Of a stretch of DNA of 64,000 bases, positions 53,501-62,322 are shown piece by piece. The translations under genes and the position numbers were made by a program. Location of the stretch: assembly GCA_034670305.1 (NCBI GenBank), contig JAXMNT010000031.1, positions 28,876 to 92,875 on the forward strand. Direction: 5' to 3'. A model generated the notes under the pieces. The model was not told the origin of the DNA. It saw only the letters and a program-made list of their open reading frames with translations, and searched no databases. This DNA is from Deltaproteobacteria bacterium (GTDB lineage: Bacteria; Myxococcota_A; Polyangia; Polyangiales; Houyiibacteriaceae). Each line of letters starts with the position of its first letter. Position 1 is the stretch's first letter.

Positions 53501-53929
53501 CGCTGGCGGAATGAACGGCCCGGCCTTGTAGCTCGGGGGCAGCTTTCCGAGCGTGGTGAGCACGGCGACGCTGAGCCGGCGCGACATCTTGAGTTGATGA
53601 AGCGCGTCGCCAACGGTGCCCAAGCCATCGTGAACGGCCTGGTTGCCCGCCTTGCGCAGCCCGTGGAACAGCTGCGCCACGTCCGGGGCGAGAAGCCCGC
53701 GGGACCGCAGGTCGTTGATGAGGTCGTGCTGCTTCTCGGTGGGCAGGAGCTGGAGCCCGGCGTGGGCGGCAAGCTCGCGCGCGAGCCTCTCTCCCAGCAA
53801 TCGAAGCCGCATCAGGCACGCGACCGGGTCGATGGTGAACTGCATTTCGGCCTGAGCGCCGAGTACGACCAAGGAGGGATCCAGGTACTTGAGGACCCCG
53901 AAGTTGCGAGACTTTTCACCCCCGTTCAC
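50546..53929 (-). CDS. hsdR: Type I restriction endonuclease subunit R (EcoKI-like) with N-terminal DUF4145-like region
   Basis: ADY.L...IVEAKR nuclease motif, MATGTGKT, DESHRG, GLTATP, EQMLGRATR. Confidence 0.96.
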   Translation of the reverse strand: MNGGEKSRNFGVLKYLDPSLVVLGAQAEMQFTIDPVACLMRLRLLGERLARELAAHAGLQLLPTEKQHDLINDLRSRGLLAPDVAQLFHGLRKAGNQAVHDGLGTVGDALHQLKMSRRLSVAVLTTLGKLPPSYKAGPFIPPAAPKDVTAEMAAELQQLRDEAAKAAEVSAEAQEVADFERELREDYEKQVAVLRAKLEETEDAFDELAAARDDEVTALQATVAAQPPAEQQAGVQRLVEQAATAGANLDLTEAETRELIDLQLREAGWQADSVQLRHSKGSRPQKGKNLAIAEWPTKNGPADYALFVGLEFIAIVEAKRGRRRVVGALDQSKRYASGVTFGKDVRAAGGPWGEFKVPFLFATNGRPFMKQIIEESGIWFQDVRRPDNMPRALVGWHSPEGLSKLLAQDHELAHQKLKDEPVERLGLRYYQEQAIREVERAIVNGKRTALLAMATGTGKTRTCIGLVYRLLKADRFNRILFVVDRSALGEQAEGAFKDVKVDQMKTFVEIFDLKGLDSKEGPETDTRLHIATIQSLVSQVLNKDDPPAVDSYDCIVIDESHRGYTLDAGMSDVEMTFRDETDYVSKYTRVLDYFDAMKIGLTATPALHTQQIFGEPVYTYSYPEAVIDGYLVDHEPPIRIVTALSQSGIVWKAGEEVATYSPVTKSEQLFLLPDEVKIEIDGFNRDVVTESFNRAVCDVLVQHIDPEGPEKTLVFCTNDRHCDLFVRVLRETYADFLGGVDAARIQKITGACDRPRELIRRYKNEQKPAIAVTVDLLTTGINVPAITNLVFLRRVGSRILYEQMLGRATRLCPEIGKEVFRIYDAVDLYAALKNVSQMKPVATTRKTTYAELVAELTSLENTEARDWVLGELLAKLHRKKAMLTGDLATQFKQLAGDSVEEFLEKLRKGTSTDAAKQFEAKPDLADFLDRKIATRDVIFISDHVDEVVEVARGYGKDRTRPDAYLKAFGEFIKKNLNEIPALLLVTQRPRDLTRAQLKELKLALDKAGYDEPSLRTAWRQQSNVDIAASIVGFIRQAALGDALVPYPERVDRALTAILSSQAWNVHQRKWLKRIADQMKASTIVDREALDRSPFTDHGGFTRLNKIFNGKLEDVLGRIGEAVWKEGA

Positions 53930-54124
53930 TCCGCAAGACTACCTCATGGCGGGGCCCCGCGAATCGCCTTTGATGCGTCCGTTGAACTGCAGGGCGTCGC
54001 TCCTTCGAAGCGGTCTGATGGGAGCATCCGGTAGATTCAGGCTGCATGCAGGACCGAGCGGCAGCGGCTCGACAAGAACTCGAAGGAACACGCTCAGGCC
54101 CCAATGGCTGCTGAGACGCTCAGC

Positions 54125-54375
54125 CGTCACCTGTTGCGGACTCGATGACCTTTGGGTCTGGGTGTAGCCAATAGGGAGGCGGGGTTCCGGCGCGCAGGTG
54201 CTTGGCCAGCGGTCCGGACGCGCAGCACGTCGGGGGTGCTTGTTGCCAATGCAGCATGCTGCTGCACCGCTCTGGACTGCCGTGTTCGGGGCGGCGCCGT
54301 TCGTTGCCCGGCTCTGTCCTGAGGCGCAGCGTCAGGCTCGGCTTCGTGCGGACCACAAGTGGCTGCGCGTGAAGC
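54125..54375. repeat. Left arm of ~250-bp imperfect inverted repeat flanking the Y1 transposase
   Basis: Reverse complement aligns with 55121-55371, including an exact 20-mer (54295-54314 vs 55183-55202). Confidence 0.88.
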
Positions 54376-54378
54376 CCC

Positions 54379-55071
54379 TCACCTGCGAGGGCCGGGTATG
54401 TCGTCGATGGGGATCCTCCCGCGCTTTCTCCATCCGACGCGGAGCAACCAAGTGCCGGCCCTTGGCATCCTTGGAGCAGAATCGTCCGGACACCGGGGAG
54501 TCGACTTCCATCCGTCGAAGGCGCCCGCGGTGGAGCAGGGATCCACCCAGTGGGCCTTGAACTTCTGGCGGCGGCCCGCGTGTTTGCGGGCGTTGTTCAA
54601 GACGTAGCGGAGCGCGTGGCGGACCTGGGTCGGGGTCTTCAGCGGCTCCACGTGGTAGCGGTCTGGGAACACTTGGCCGCGGCGGCCGAGGTGCTTGTTG
54701 AGCCGTTTGGCCAGACGAATGGTGAGCCCCTGCATGCCGAGCCGCAGCGCCATCGTGCCCTTCGACTCCACGATGAGGTGCACGTGATTGCTCTGAATCG
54801 AGAAGTGCACGATGCGCATGCCGTTGCGTTCTGCGGCTTCTTCGAAGACCGCAAAGCAGATCGCACGAACGTCGCGGCGTCGGAGACTGGGCAGGTCCTT
54901 CGCGACCTTGATGGTGACGTGGACAGGGTGCCGGTTCTGAATGCCCGGGCGGCGCCGATGCGGCACGCCTGCGCGCTGTCCTTTGGGCTTGCGACCCGCG
55001 CCAGCCCGTCGGCCACCGTGCTGGCGGAAGTGCAAGTCCAGCTGTTTGGGTTTTCGTGTGCGACGCGCCAT
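54379..55071 (-). CDS. HUH-family Y1 transposase (RAYT / IS200-like TnpA)
   Basis: PVHVT, SIQSNHVHLIVE (HUH), G.VF.DRYH, ALRYVLNN (catalytic Tyr). Confidence 0.88.
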   Translation of the reverse strand: MARRTRKPKQLDLHFRQHGGRRAGAGRKPKGQRAGVPHRRRPGIQNRHPVHVTIKVAKDLPSLRRRDVRAICFAVFEEAAERNGMRIVHFSIQSNHVHLIVESKGTMALRLGMQGLTIRLAKRLNKHLGRRGQVFPDRYHVEPLKTPTQVRHALRYVLNNARKHAGRRQKFKAHWVDPCSTAGAFDGWKSTPRCPDDSAPRMPRAGTWLLRVGWRKRGRIPIDDIPGPRR

Positions 55072-55120
55072 CTTGATAAGGCAGATATAGCGTATCGAGC
55101 CGTCGTTTCAAGGCGATTCT

Positions 55121-55371
55121 GCTTCGCGCAGCCACTTTCCTGACCGCCGCGGACGCGGGTCTGTCGCTGCGCTTTGTGCCGTGAGCCGGGCAACGAACGG
55201 CGGCTCTCCGAACACGGCAGTTCAAGCGGTGCAGCAGCATGGTGCATCAGCAAAGAAGCCCCGCAGCCGCGCCGCTGCCACCGTCGCTGTCTCGCGGCTC
55301 CACTTCAAGCCGGAACCCCGCCGCCTTCTCAGCTACGCCAGAACGCCGGCATGCTCCCGCAACGGGTGACG
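55121..55371. repeat. Right arm of ~250-bp imperfect inverted repeat
   Basis: Inverted match to 54125-54375. Confidence 0.88.
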
Positions 55372-55514
55372 CTCGGTCCGGCAAATGCGGCGGGTCGGCC
55401 CCGCTCCAGTCCAGCGGTGCGGCCGCATTGGCAAAAAGCAACCGCCGACTTCCGGAGCGTGAGTGTGAGTGAGAGGAGCGCCCAGACACTCGCGAGGCCC
55501 CATGCATGGTTCCT

Positions 55515-55579
55515 GATGAAAATGATTTGCAACATCGACGCGGGCTGCTAGAAGTCGGTTCATGAAAGTCATTTTCAAC
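55515..55579 (+). promoter_or_regulatory. Two Fur-box-like 19-bp AT-rich palindromes
   Basis: GATGAAAATGATTTGCAAC (55515-55533) and CATGAAAGTCATTTTCAAC (55561-55579) upstream of or overlapping the start of an iron-uptake-type operon. Confidence 0.7.
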
Positions 55580-57091
55580 AAGGGTGCGGCTGTCACCTTG
55601 GTTTTCTTCTCTCTGGTGGCTTGTGGCGACGACGATGGGTCGGTCGACGCGGGGCCGGGGATGGACGCGGCGATCGATGCGTTTGCGGACGATGCGCCTG
55701 CGACCGACGCGGCGGTGGACGCCATCGCGTGCGAAGCGGTGGCCAACACGCCGGCTTACGTGTTCGAGCGCGAGGGCGTCTCGACGGCGAGCTACGCAGG
55801 GCAGAGCTTTCGCCATCTGCTGATCGATCGGTTGAGCGGTTTCATCGGCGGTCTGAGCGACCGGATCGACGCCGACGGGGCAGGGCGCTTCGACGAGAAA
55901 GAAGAGCTGCTGGCTTCGTTCGACTTCTACTTCCGGTTCGATGGCGCGGCGAACGGCATGGAGCCGCATGGGCTGCAGACCGAACCCGAATCCGCCCAGA
56001 CCCTCTGGGACGACATCGCGTCTGGCCGCAACTTGCTCGACAAGACGGCCGGACAAGACGACTCGACCGACCACGCAGACTGGGACGACGGCGCCTTCGC
56101 CGGGTGGACGACGTTCGATGGCGAAGCGGTCACCTCTCCGGTGCAGCTCATCGACAGCCTGCTCGGTGCGCTCGCCGACAACGGCGTGGCGCGTGCGAAC
56201 GGTGAGCAGCCGCGCGGTCCGAACGACGAAGCGCTTCCGGTGTACGTCACCCCCGAAGGCCTCGACCTGCAACAGCTGCTGCAGAAGGTGCTCTTGATGA
56301 GCGTGACCTTCAGCCAGGCCACCGACGACTACCTGGACGACGACGTGGACGGCAAGGGGCTGCTCACCTCCAACGCGCTCGGCGAGGATGCCTACACGCC
56401 GCTCGAACACGCCTGGGACGAGGCCTTCGGCTACTTCGGCGCACCCGCCGACCACCCGGACTACACCGCGGACGAGTTGGCTTCGAGCGGGGACGGCCGG
56501 GCCGACTGGCAGGGCGCCCACGACACGAACGCGGACTGCCGCATCGACCTGGTCTCGGAGTACGCGTGGGGCGCGGTGGTCAACGCCGCCAAACGCGACC
56601 GTGGTTCCACGACCGGCACGACCTTCGGCACGGACGCGTTCGAAGCGTTCTTGGCCGGCCGTGCGCTCATCGCAGGGGCCGATGGTGCACTCGACGAGGG
56701 CACGCTCGCCATGCTGCGGACCCACCGCGACGCCGCGGTGCGCAACTGGGAGAACGCGATCGCCGCGACGGTGGTGCACTACATCAACGACGTGCTCGCC
56801 GACATGGACGCGATGGGCACGGACGACTACTCGTTCACCGACCACGCGAAGCACTGGTCGGAGCTGAAGGGCTTCGCGATCGGGCTGCAGTTCAACCCGC
56901 GCTCGCCTCTGCACGCGGGCGCTGGCGAAGCGACCCAGTTCCTCGTGTTGCACGGGTACCTCGGGGACCTACCGGTGCTCGAAGCGGCTGGCGAAGAAGC
57001 GCTGGCGGCCTATGCCTCGGCCCTGGCCGATGCGCGCACCCTCTTGCAGGACGCGTACGGCTTCGATCCGGCCGACGTCGCGGCCTGGTAG
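55562..57091 (+). CDS. DUF4856-like acidic lipoprotein
   Basis: Lipobox LVAC; Y.F.R.G.S.SY.GQ.R, QLLQK.L, EHAWDEAFGYFG, HYIN, HWSELKGF. Confidence 0.75.
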   Translation: MKVIFNKGAAVTLVFFSLVACGDDDGSVDAGPGMDAAIDAFADDAPATDAAVDAIACEAVANTPAYVFEREGVSTASYAGQSFRHLLIDRLSGFIGGLSDRIDADGAGRFDEKEELLASFDFYFRFDGAANGMEPHGLQTEPESAQTLWDDIASGRNLLDKTAGQDDSTDHADWDDGAFAGWTTFDGEAVTSPVQLIDSLLGALADNGVARANGEQPRGPNDEALPVYVTPEGLDLQQLLQKVLLMSVTFSQATDDYLDDDVDGKGLLTSNALGEDAYTPLEHAWDEAFGYFGAPADHPDYTADELASSGDGRADWQGAHDTNADCRIDLVSEYAWGAVVNAAKRDRGSTTGTTFGTDAFEAFLAGRALIAGADGALDEGTLAMLRTHRDAAVRNWENAIAATVVHYINDVLADMDAMGTDDYSFTDHAKHWSELKGFAIGLQFNPRSPLHAGAGEATQFLVLHGYLGDLPVLEAAGEEALAAYASALADARTLLQDAYGFDPADVAAW

Positions 57092-57102
57092 CAAGGACCC
57101 CC

Positions 57103-58284
57103 ATGACCCGCTCCCTCTCCTCCACGGTTTGTCTCCTCGCGTGCGTGCTGATGTCTTGCGACAGCGGCACCACGCCGCCCGATCCCACCGGCGCGGCGCG
57201 GCTGGAAGCGGCAGGTGCGATGGCGCAGGTCGTGCGGGCCCGGCTCGACGATGCGACGACGGCGGTGTCTGCGCTCACCACCGCCGTCGACGCTTGGGCG
57301 GCGGCGCCGACCGACGCGTCGCTGCGCACCGCGGCCCAAGACCAGTGGCTCGCGACGATGCTGGCGTGGCAACACCTGGAGCCGATGCAAGTCGGACCGG
57401 CGGCCGCGATGGACCTCGGGGTCGGCGGGCAGGATCTGCGAGACCGCATCTACTCCTGGCCGATCGTCAATGCGTGCCGGGTCGACCAGGAGCTCGCGGA
57501 AGGCGCGTACACGGACGCGGATGCGTTCGCGGCCGAAGCGATCAATGTGCTCGGGCTCGACGCGCTCGAGTACCTGCTCTTCGTCGATTCGACGACCAAC
57601 GCGTGTGCACCGAACTCGTCGCTCAACCTCGACGGGAGCTGGGACGCGATCGTGGCCGAGCTGCCCACCCGGCGCGCGGCCTACGCAGCCACGCTCACGA
57701 CGCTCCTGAACCGCGACTTGGCCACGTTGCGGGCGGCGTGGGATGGCACCGATGGGTTCTTGCTCGAAGTGCAGTCCGCGGGCACCGGGAGTGCGCTCTT
57801 CTCGTCCGCGCAGGATGCGCTCAATGCGATCAGCGACGCGCTCTTCTACGTCGACAAGGAGACCAAGGACATGAAGGTCGCCGGTCCGGCTGGGATCTCG
57901 CCGGACTGTCTGACCGCGCCGTGTCCCGAGCTGCGTGAGTCCCAGTACGCGAACGCCTCGATCCGGTTCGTGCACGCCAACCTGCTCGGCACCCAAGAGA
58001 TGATGCTCGGCGCCGGTGGCGCAGAGCCGCGTGGGTTCCTGTGGCTGCTCGAGGAGCTCGACCAGGCGGCGCTCGCCGCCGAACTGCGCACGACGTTGCA
58101 GGCGGCGATCGACCAGGCCGCAGCACTCGGTGAGCGCACGGTGGAAGAGGTCTTGGCCGAGAGCGCGACCGGGTTGATGGCGCTCTACGAAGCGATCCGG
58201 GTGTTCACCGAGTTGCTCAAGACCCAGTTCGTGACCGTGCTCGATCTCGACCTGCCGAACCGCGCCGAAGGCGACGACGACTGA
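57103..58284 (+). CDS. Imelysin family (iron-regulated) lipoprotein
   Basis: Lipobox LMSC; AWQ..E....GP, IYSWP, GLDALEYLLF, terminal EGDDD. Confidence 0.85.
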   Translation: MTRSLSSTVCLLACVLMSCDSGTTPPDPTGAARLEAAGAMAQVVRARLDDATTAVSALTTAVDAWAAAPTDASLRTAAQDQWLATMLAWQHLEPMQVGPAAAMDLGVGGQDLRDRIYSWPIVNACRVDQELAEGAYTDADAFAAEAINVLGLDALEYLLFVDSTTNACAPNSSLNLDGSWDAIVAELPTRRAAYAATLTTLLNRDLATLRAAWDGTDGFLLEVQSAGTGSALFSSAQDALNAISDALFYVDKETKDMKVAGPAGISPDCLTAPCPELRESQYANASIRFVHANLLGTQEMMLGAGGAEPRGFLWLLEELDQAALAAELRTTLQAAIDQAAALGERTVEEVLAESATGLMALYEAIRVFTELLKTQFVTVLDLDLPNRAEGDDD

Positions 58285-59660
58285 TGCTGCGCTGGCGAAC
58301 CATCGAAGAGAAGCTCGAACGCCCGGTCGACGCGTCGTCGCTCGGGGTGTTCCGGGTGCTCTTCGGTGTCGTCGCGCTGATCGGGGCGCTGCGGTTCTTC
58401 GCCAACGGGTGGATCGACCGCTTCTTCGTTCAGCCGACCTACTTCTTTCAGTACTGGGGCTTCGAGTGGGTGCAGCCGCTGTCCGAGCCGGCGATGTACG
58501 CCGCGTTCGGCGTGCTGGTGATCAGCGCACTCTTGATCACGGTTGGTCTCTTCTACCGCTTCGCCATCGCGATCTACTTCGTCGTCTTCACCTACGTGGA
58601 GCTCATCGACGTCACCAACTACCTGAACCACTACTACCTGGTCAGCCTGCTCGCGTTCTGGATGTGTTTCATGCCGCTCGGGCGCGTGCATGGAATGGAC
58701 GCGAGACTTCGAGGGGCGCTGACTCGGTTGCCTCGGTGGATGCTCGGCAGCCTTCAATTGCAGGTCGCGTGCGTGTACGTGTTCGCGGCGCTGGCCAAGG
58801 TCAGCGGTGACTGGCTGCTCGCGGCCCAGCCACTCGATCTCTGGCTCTCGGCCCGGGCCGATGCATTCCCGGTCTCTTGGATTGCCGGCATCGATTGGGC
58901 GCCGATCGCGATGAGCTGGGCGGGCTTCTTGTTCGACCTCACGATTGTCTTCTGGCTCTCGTGGCGGCGGACCCGCGCGGTGGCCTATGCGGTGTTGCTC
59001 GCGTTCCACTGGATGACGCACTTGCTCTTCGACATCGGCATGTTCCCGCTGATCATGAGCGTCGCGGCGACGGTGTTCTTCGATGCGTCTTGGCCGCGGC
59101 GGTGGCTGGCTCTGCGACGCAGCCGCGGGCACGGGCACGGGCACGGGCACGAAGGGCAAGGGCACGGGCACGGGCAAGGGCTTCCTCGATGGGCGCGGCT
59201 GGCCGTGGGGGGGGCGTTGGCCACGGTCGCGCTCGCGCAGGTGGTGGTGCCGTTGCGCAGCCACCTCTACGAAGGCGATGTGCTCTGGCACGAACAGGGC
59301 ATGCGCTGGAGCTGGCGGGTGCTCTGCCGCGAGAAAGCCGGGAGTGTGTCGTACCGGGTCCGCACGCCGGGCCGCGCGACCGAGATGCGTGTGCCGCCCT
59401 CCCGCTACCTCACCGCGCATCAGGAGCGGCAGATGGCGGGGCAGCCGGATTTGATCGTGCAGCTCGCGCACCACATCGCGGAGGAGTTCCCTGGCAGCGA
59501 GGTGCGGGTCGACGCGGTGGTGTCGCTCAACGGTCGCCCCCCGGCCCGGCTCGTCGATCCCGAAGTCGACCTCGCCCAGACGCAGGCGGGGCTCTCGGCC
59601 GCTTCGTGGATCCTCCCTCGACCTGAAACGCAGCCTCCGCGGCTGGCGAGAAACCGATGA
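58284..59660 (+). CDS. HTTM-domain vitamin K-dependent gamma-carboxylase-like protein
   Basis: RPVDASSLGVFRVLFG, YLNHYYL, YVFAALAK..DWL, FH......IGMFP, SW, SLNGR...LVDP.VDL, WILP. Confidence 0.88.
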   Translation: MLRWRTIEEKLERPVDASSLGVFRVLFGVVALIGALRFFANGWIDRFFVQPTYFFQYWGFEWVQPLSEPAMYAAFGVLVISALLITVGLFYRFAIAIYFVVFTYVELIDVTNYLNHYYLVSLLAFWMCFMPLGRVHGMDARLRGALTRLPRWMLGSLQLQVACVYVFAALAKVSGDWLLAAQPLDLWLSARADAFPVSWIAGIDWAPIAMSWAGFLFDLTIVFWLSWRRTRAVAYAVLLAFHWMTHLLFDIGMFPLIMSVAATVFFDASWPRRWLALRRSRGHGHGHGHEGQGHGHGQGLPRWARLAVGGALATVALAQVVVPLRSHLYEGDVLWHEQGMRWSWRVLCREKAGSVSYRVRTPGRATEMRVPPSRYLTAHQERQMAGQPDLIVQLAHHIAEEFPGSEVRVDAVVSLNGRPPARLVDPEVDLAQTQAGLSAASWILPRPETQPPRLARNR

Positions 59661-62218
59661 CCTGGAACCTGCGGCTTTGGCTCAGTGCGTGTGTGTGCTT
59701 CGTTGCGGCGGGTGCAGTCCAGGTGTCGGCCCAGGACGGGGGCGTGCCGGACGCGGGCGTGTCGGATGCCGGCGTGGCGGACGGTGGCGTGCCGGATGCC
59801 GGTGACGCGGGCGACGCGGGTGACGGTGATGCGGGGGCCGGCGCCGAAGCCGACGCCGACGCCGATGCCGAAGCCGATGCCGAAGCCGATGCCGAAGCCG
59901 ACGCCGAAGCCGATGCCGACGCCGATGCCGATGCCGAGGCCGAGGCCGACGCCGATGCCGAGGCCGATGCCGACTCCGACTTCGTGCTCGATGCCGACTC
60001 CGACTTCGCGCTCGAGGACGAGGACGACTTCGTGCTCGAAGACGAGGATGAGGGTGGCGGGCAGACCGTTGGAGCAGCGGCTGCGCTCTCGCCCGAGGCG
60101 GTGGCGGAGCAGGACCTTCGGCTCGACGAAGTGGAGGTCGTGGGGCGGCGGCGGCGCGATCCGTTGCGGAGTGGCGGTTCGAGCGCGCATCTGGACGAAG
60201 CGCAGCTCGACACGCTCGACTACGACGACCCGCACCAGCTCTTGCTCCAGGTGCCAGGCGTCTACATCCGGACCGAAGACGGGTTCGGGCTGCGGCCGAA
60301 CATCGGGCTGCGCGGCACCAACCCCGAGCGTTCGAAGAAGGTCACGCTGCTCGAGGACGGAGTGCTCTTTGGGCCCGCGCCCTACGCCGCGCCGGCCGCC
60401 TACTACTTTCCACTCATGGCGCGCATGACCGGCGTCGACGTCTACAAGGGGCCGGGCGCACTGCTCTACGGGCCGCAGACCATCGGCGGTGCGATCGACT
60501 TCCGGAGCCGCGACGTGCCGACCCGGGCCGAGGGGGCGTTCGATGTCGCGTTTGGCCGCTTCTCTTCGCGCCGCCTGCATCTGCACTGGGGCACGTCGAA
60601 CCGGCACGGCGGCATCCTCTTCGAGGGGCTCGACGTGGCGAGCGACGGCTTCAAGGAGATCGACGGCAGCGATCGCTCCACCGGCTTTCATCGCAGCGAC
60701 TTCCGCGTGCGCGCGTTCCTGCAGAACGACCCGGATTCGAGCACCTACCACCGGGTGGATCTGCGGGTCGGCGTGGGGCGCGAGCGGAGCAACGAGACCT
60801 ACCTCGGGCTCACCGATGCCGACTATGCCGCGAACCCCAACCGCCGCTACGCCGCGAGCGAGCGGGACAACATGCGCTGGTGGCGGACCGAAGCGCGGCT
60901 GACCTGGCGGGCCGAAGTCGGCGACCACCTGCGCTTCGTCACCGATGTGTACCGGCACGACTTCGACCGGTCGTGGTTGCGGTTCAACCGGTTCGGGGAC
61001 GAGACGATCAGCAGCCGAGACGTGTTGCTCGCACCGACCGGCCGGCGCGCGATCTACTACGACCTGCTCACTGGTGCGCAGGACACCTCGAGCCCCGACG
61101 AGCGCATCGCCCTCATCGACAACCACCGGCAGTACGTCTCCCAGGGCATTCAGACCCGAGCGCGTTTCGAGCGCACCCGTGGCGGCTTGCGGCACCTGCT
61201 CGAAGCCGGGGCGCGGCTGCATCACGACTCGGTCGACCGCGAACACACCGAACACTTCTTCGCGATGACCTCCGGGTCGCTGGTCGACTTGAACGACGCC
61301 TCGGTCGCGACCGACAACTTCGACAGCGCGTTCGCGACCAGCCTCTACGGGGTGTACGGCCTGACGTTCTGGAAGTTCACCGTCACGCCGGGCGTGCGCG
61401 CCGAGCTCGTGCGTACGAACCGAGACGACGACCTCACCGGCCTGTCGATGGACAGCTTCGATGCGACGGTGCTCCCAGGCGTCGGACTCACCTACGCGGT
61501 CCGCCGCGATCTGGATCTGGTCGCGGGCGTGCATCGTGGCTACAGCCCGGTCGGCCCTGGACAGGAAGAACGTGCGGATCCGGAGACCTCGATCGCGTAC
61601 GAGCTCGGCGCCCGCTACCAACGCCCGGCCCGCGGGCGCCTGCTCGAGGTGATGGGGTTCGTGAACGACTACTCCAACCTGCTCGGTCAGTGTGCGTTCA
61701 GCACCGGCTGCGATGCGATGCGGCTCGACGAGCAGTACAACGGCGGACAGGTGGTGGTGTTCGGGGTGGAAGCGGTCGGCACGCTGCGCATCGACTTCGG
61801 GGACATCGAGGTCCCACTGCGCGCGACCTACACCTACACCGATTCCCGGTTCCGCGACGCGTTCGAGGTCGCCGATCCGACGCTTGGCGAAGTCGTGCCC
61901 GGCGACCGGCTGCCGTACATCCCGATGCACCAGGCGCAGCTCCAGCTCGGGGTGGAGCACGAACGGGCCGGCGGCACACTCTCGGCGACCTATGTCGGGG
62001 AGATGCGCGAGCAGGCGGGGCAGGGCGACGAGGGCGAGCGGACCGAGCGCTACCTGGGGCTCGACGCGAACGTCTGGGTGCGGGTTCACGAGCGGGTCCG
62101 TGCCTACGTTCGGGGGGAGAACCTCCTGAACCAGCAGCCGATCACGAGCCGCCGACCGTTCGGCGCCCGCGGCAACCGCCCGCTCTCGGTCTGGGCGGGC
62201 GTGAAGGTCGATTTTTGA
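59657..62218 (+). CDS. TonB-dependent receptor (FecA-like) with long acidic N-terminal extension
   Basis: Signal peptide; LDEVEVVG TonB box; VPGVYIR.EDGFGLRPNIGLRG, LLEDG, VYKGP..LLYGP..IGG; NLLN; terminal Phe. Confidence 0.93.
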   Translation: MTWNLRLWLSACVCFVAAGAVQVSAQDGGVPDAGVSDAGVADGGVPDAGDAGDAGDGDAGAGAEADADADAEADAEADAEADAEADADADADAEAEADADAEADADSDFVLDADSDFALEDEDDFVLEDEDEGGGQTVGAAAALSPEAVAEQDLRLDEVEVVGRRRRDPLRSGGSSAHLDEAQLDTLDYDDPHQLLLQVPGVYIRTEDGFGLRPNIGLRGTNPERSKKVTLLEDGVLFGPAPYAAPAAYYFPLMARMTGVDVYKGPGALLYGPQTIGGAIDFRSRDVPTRAEGAFDVAFGRFSSRRLHLHWGTSNRHGGILFEGLDVASDGFKEIDGSDRSTGFHRSDFRVRAFLQNDPDSSTYHRVDLRVGVGRERSNETYLGLTDADYAANPNRRYAASERDNMRWWRTEARLTWRAEVGDHLRFVTDVYRHDFDRSWLRFNRFGDETISSRDVLLAPTGRRAIYYDLLTGAQDTSSPDERIALIDNHRQYVSQGIQTRARFERTRGGLRHLLEAGARLHHDSVDREHTEHFFAMTSGSLVDLNDASVATDNFDSAFATSLYGVYGLTFWKFTVTPGVRAELVRTNRDDDLTGLSMDSFDATVLPGVGLTYAVRRDLDLVAGVHRGYSPVGPGQEERADPETSIAYELGARYQRPARGRLLEVMGFVNDYSNLLGQCAFSTGCDAMRLDEQYNGGQVVVFGVEAVGTLRIDFGDIEVPLRATYTYTDSRFRDAFEVADPTLGEVVPGDRLPYIPMHQAQLQLGVEHERAGGTLSATYVGEMREQAGQGDEGERTERYLGLDANVWVRVHERVRAYVRGENLLNQQPITSRRPFGARGNRPLSVWAGVKVDF

Positions 62219-62322
62219 ACCTCCGGGGTTGCTGCATTCGTCATCGGATCGCCTCCGGAGAGTTTCGCGGCAACCAACCAGAAGTTCCTTGCTGACCCCA
62301 ATCTGGGAGACTATCGCCGGGC

